64,000 nucleotides of DNA from Mytilus californianus (Eukaryota), in the NCBI RefSeq assembly GCF_021869535.1, contig NW_026262690.1:36084001-36148000 (forward strand). Direction: 5' to 3'. This document shows, in pieces, positions 63,163 through 64,000 of this stretch. The stretch's first letter is position 1; every line of letters starts with the position of its first letter. The notes beneath the pieces were generated by a model. It saw only the letters and a program-made list of their open reading frames with translations, was not told the origin of the DNA and did not search any database. The position numbers and the translations under genes were made by a program.

Positions 63163-64000
63163 TATAGATTAAAAAAACCCGATTATTATTATTTCTAAAG
63201 CGCTGTTTGTGATTTCTGCTATTCCGGTGTTCTCATGTGTATGTTATGTTCTTAAGCGCAAGTCCTTCATCACTAGTACTGGATCATACGTGAAAACATC
63301 CGGCAATGGAATTAAAAATATATAAAAATTTAAAAGTCTTCTACTAGCGCATCCATTAAATATTTCAATCCGGATATACTAATCACAGTCTAATGTCTTC
63401 GATACTCAGAATGCGCATTTCAATTTGTGAAGTTAATTTGTCATCCTAACATAAAACATACATTTAAACACATTAATTATCAGTTTTTTCATCGATTTGG
63501 TCTGTTGGTTGACACCCCAATAAAGATGGTCATATTGTTAGCTTATCTTTATACCGACGGCTATGTTATAACAGTCTATCTAGATCACAATGTCAAGTCT
63601 GCTGATACACCTTAATAGGTTGATGTTTGAGAATATCCATGCTAACATAAAAAATAATGGATTTTTGTCTTGATAATCCTCACTAGGAATACTTACACCA
63701 AAAGTCATGAAAATCTGAAAGCATTGCAAGCAGAACAAAGAACTCAAACAAAACAGAAAAATGGACATTTTCATGATGATAGTTACATGTAGTTATGCTC
63801 AGAAAATCAAATGGATGGCAAAATTCTGCATCGTCTTGCGAAAAAAATGAATAAACATAAATCGTTGCAGTTGATGCCATTAGTAGATGATCATCATGTC
63901 TGTATATTATCATGAAACTACCCATAAATGCAAAGTAAGTCAAAAGGAAATATATTCAATATGTCAAACAGGAAAGTTGCATTACTAAACCGAAAAAAAA

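Noticed and set aside
1-64000. tRNA, rRNA and other structured ncRNA genes
   Set aside because: No cloverleaf with A/B boxes and no rRNA-like segment recognised by eye; tRNAscan/Infernal not run.

Overview
AT-rich, intron- and repeat-rich eukaryotic genomic DNA. The repeat families and gene content suggest a bivalve, probably a Mytilus-type mussel (inference). Four protein-coding genes can be rebuilt from GT-AG boundaries with consistent intron phases. (1) A 12-coding-exon C5orf34 orthologue on the minus strand (21596->2139, 824 aa), with a probable non-coding first exon and CCAAT/YY1 promoter near 26.3-26.45 kb. (2) A plus-strand secreted-type gene with signal-peptide, TSP1 and LDLa exons (38641-42171), 3' end unresolved. 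(3) A compact 4-exon, 180-aa secreted protein made of one mannose-6-phosphate-receptor-homology (MRH)-like domain (54381->48196, minus). (4) A 3-exon, 477-aa AA15-type lytic polysaccharide monooxygenase with Ser/Thr linkers and three 6-Cys modules (63162->57803, minus). The rest is mostly mobile DNA: a 5'-truncated CR1/L2-group LINE, many Helentron-like non-autonomous elements with internal tandem arrays, and TIR MITEs with TTAA, TTA, TA or 8-bp target duplications. Most unusual: a 3.9-kb TIR element in the C5orf34 5'-UTR intron carrying a decayed gene that combines an NHL/beta-propeller motif with a transposase-like 'VENLF..MR' motif; a 12-copy 33-bp array that has amplified the LDLa exon end together with its splice donor; the stand-alone MRH protein; and a 1.7-kb foldback element with 21-bp-phased AGCGCT palindromes. 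No database search was run; family assignments rest on motif recognition.
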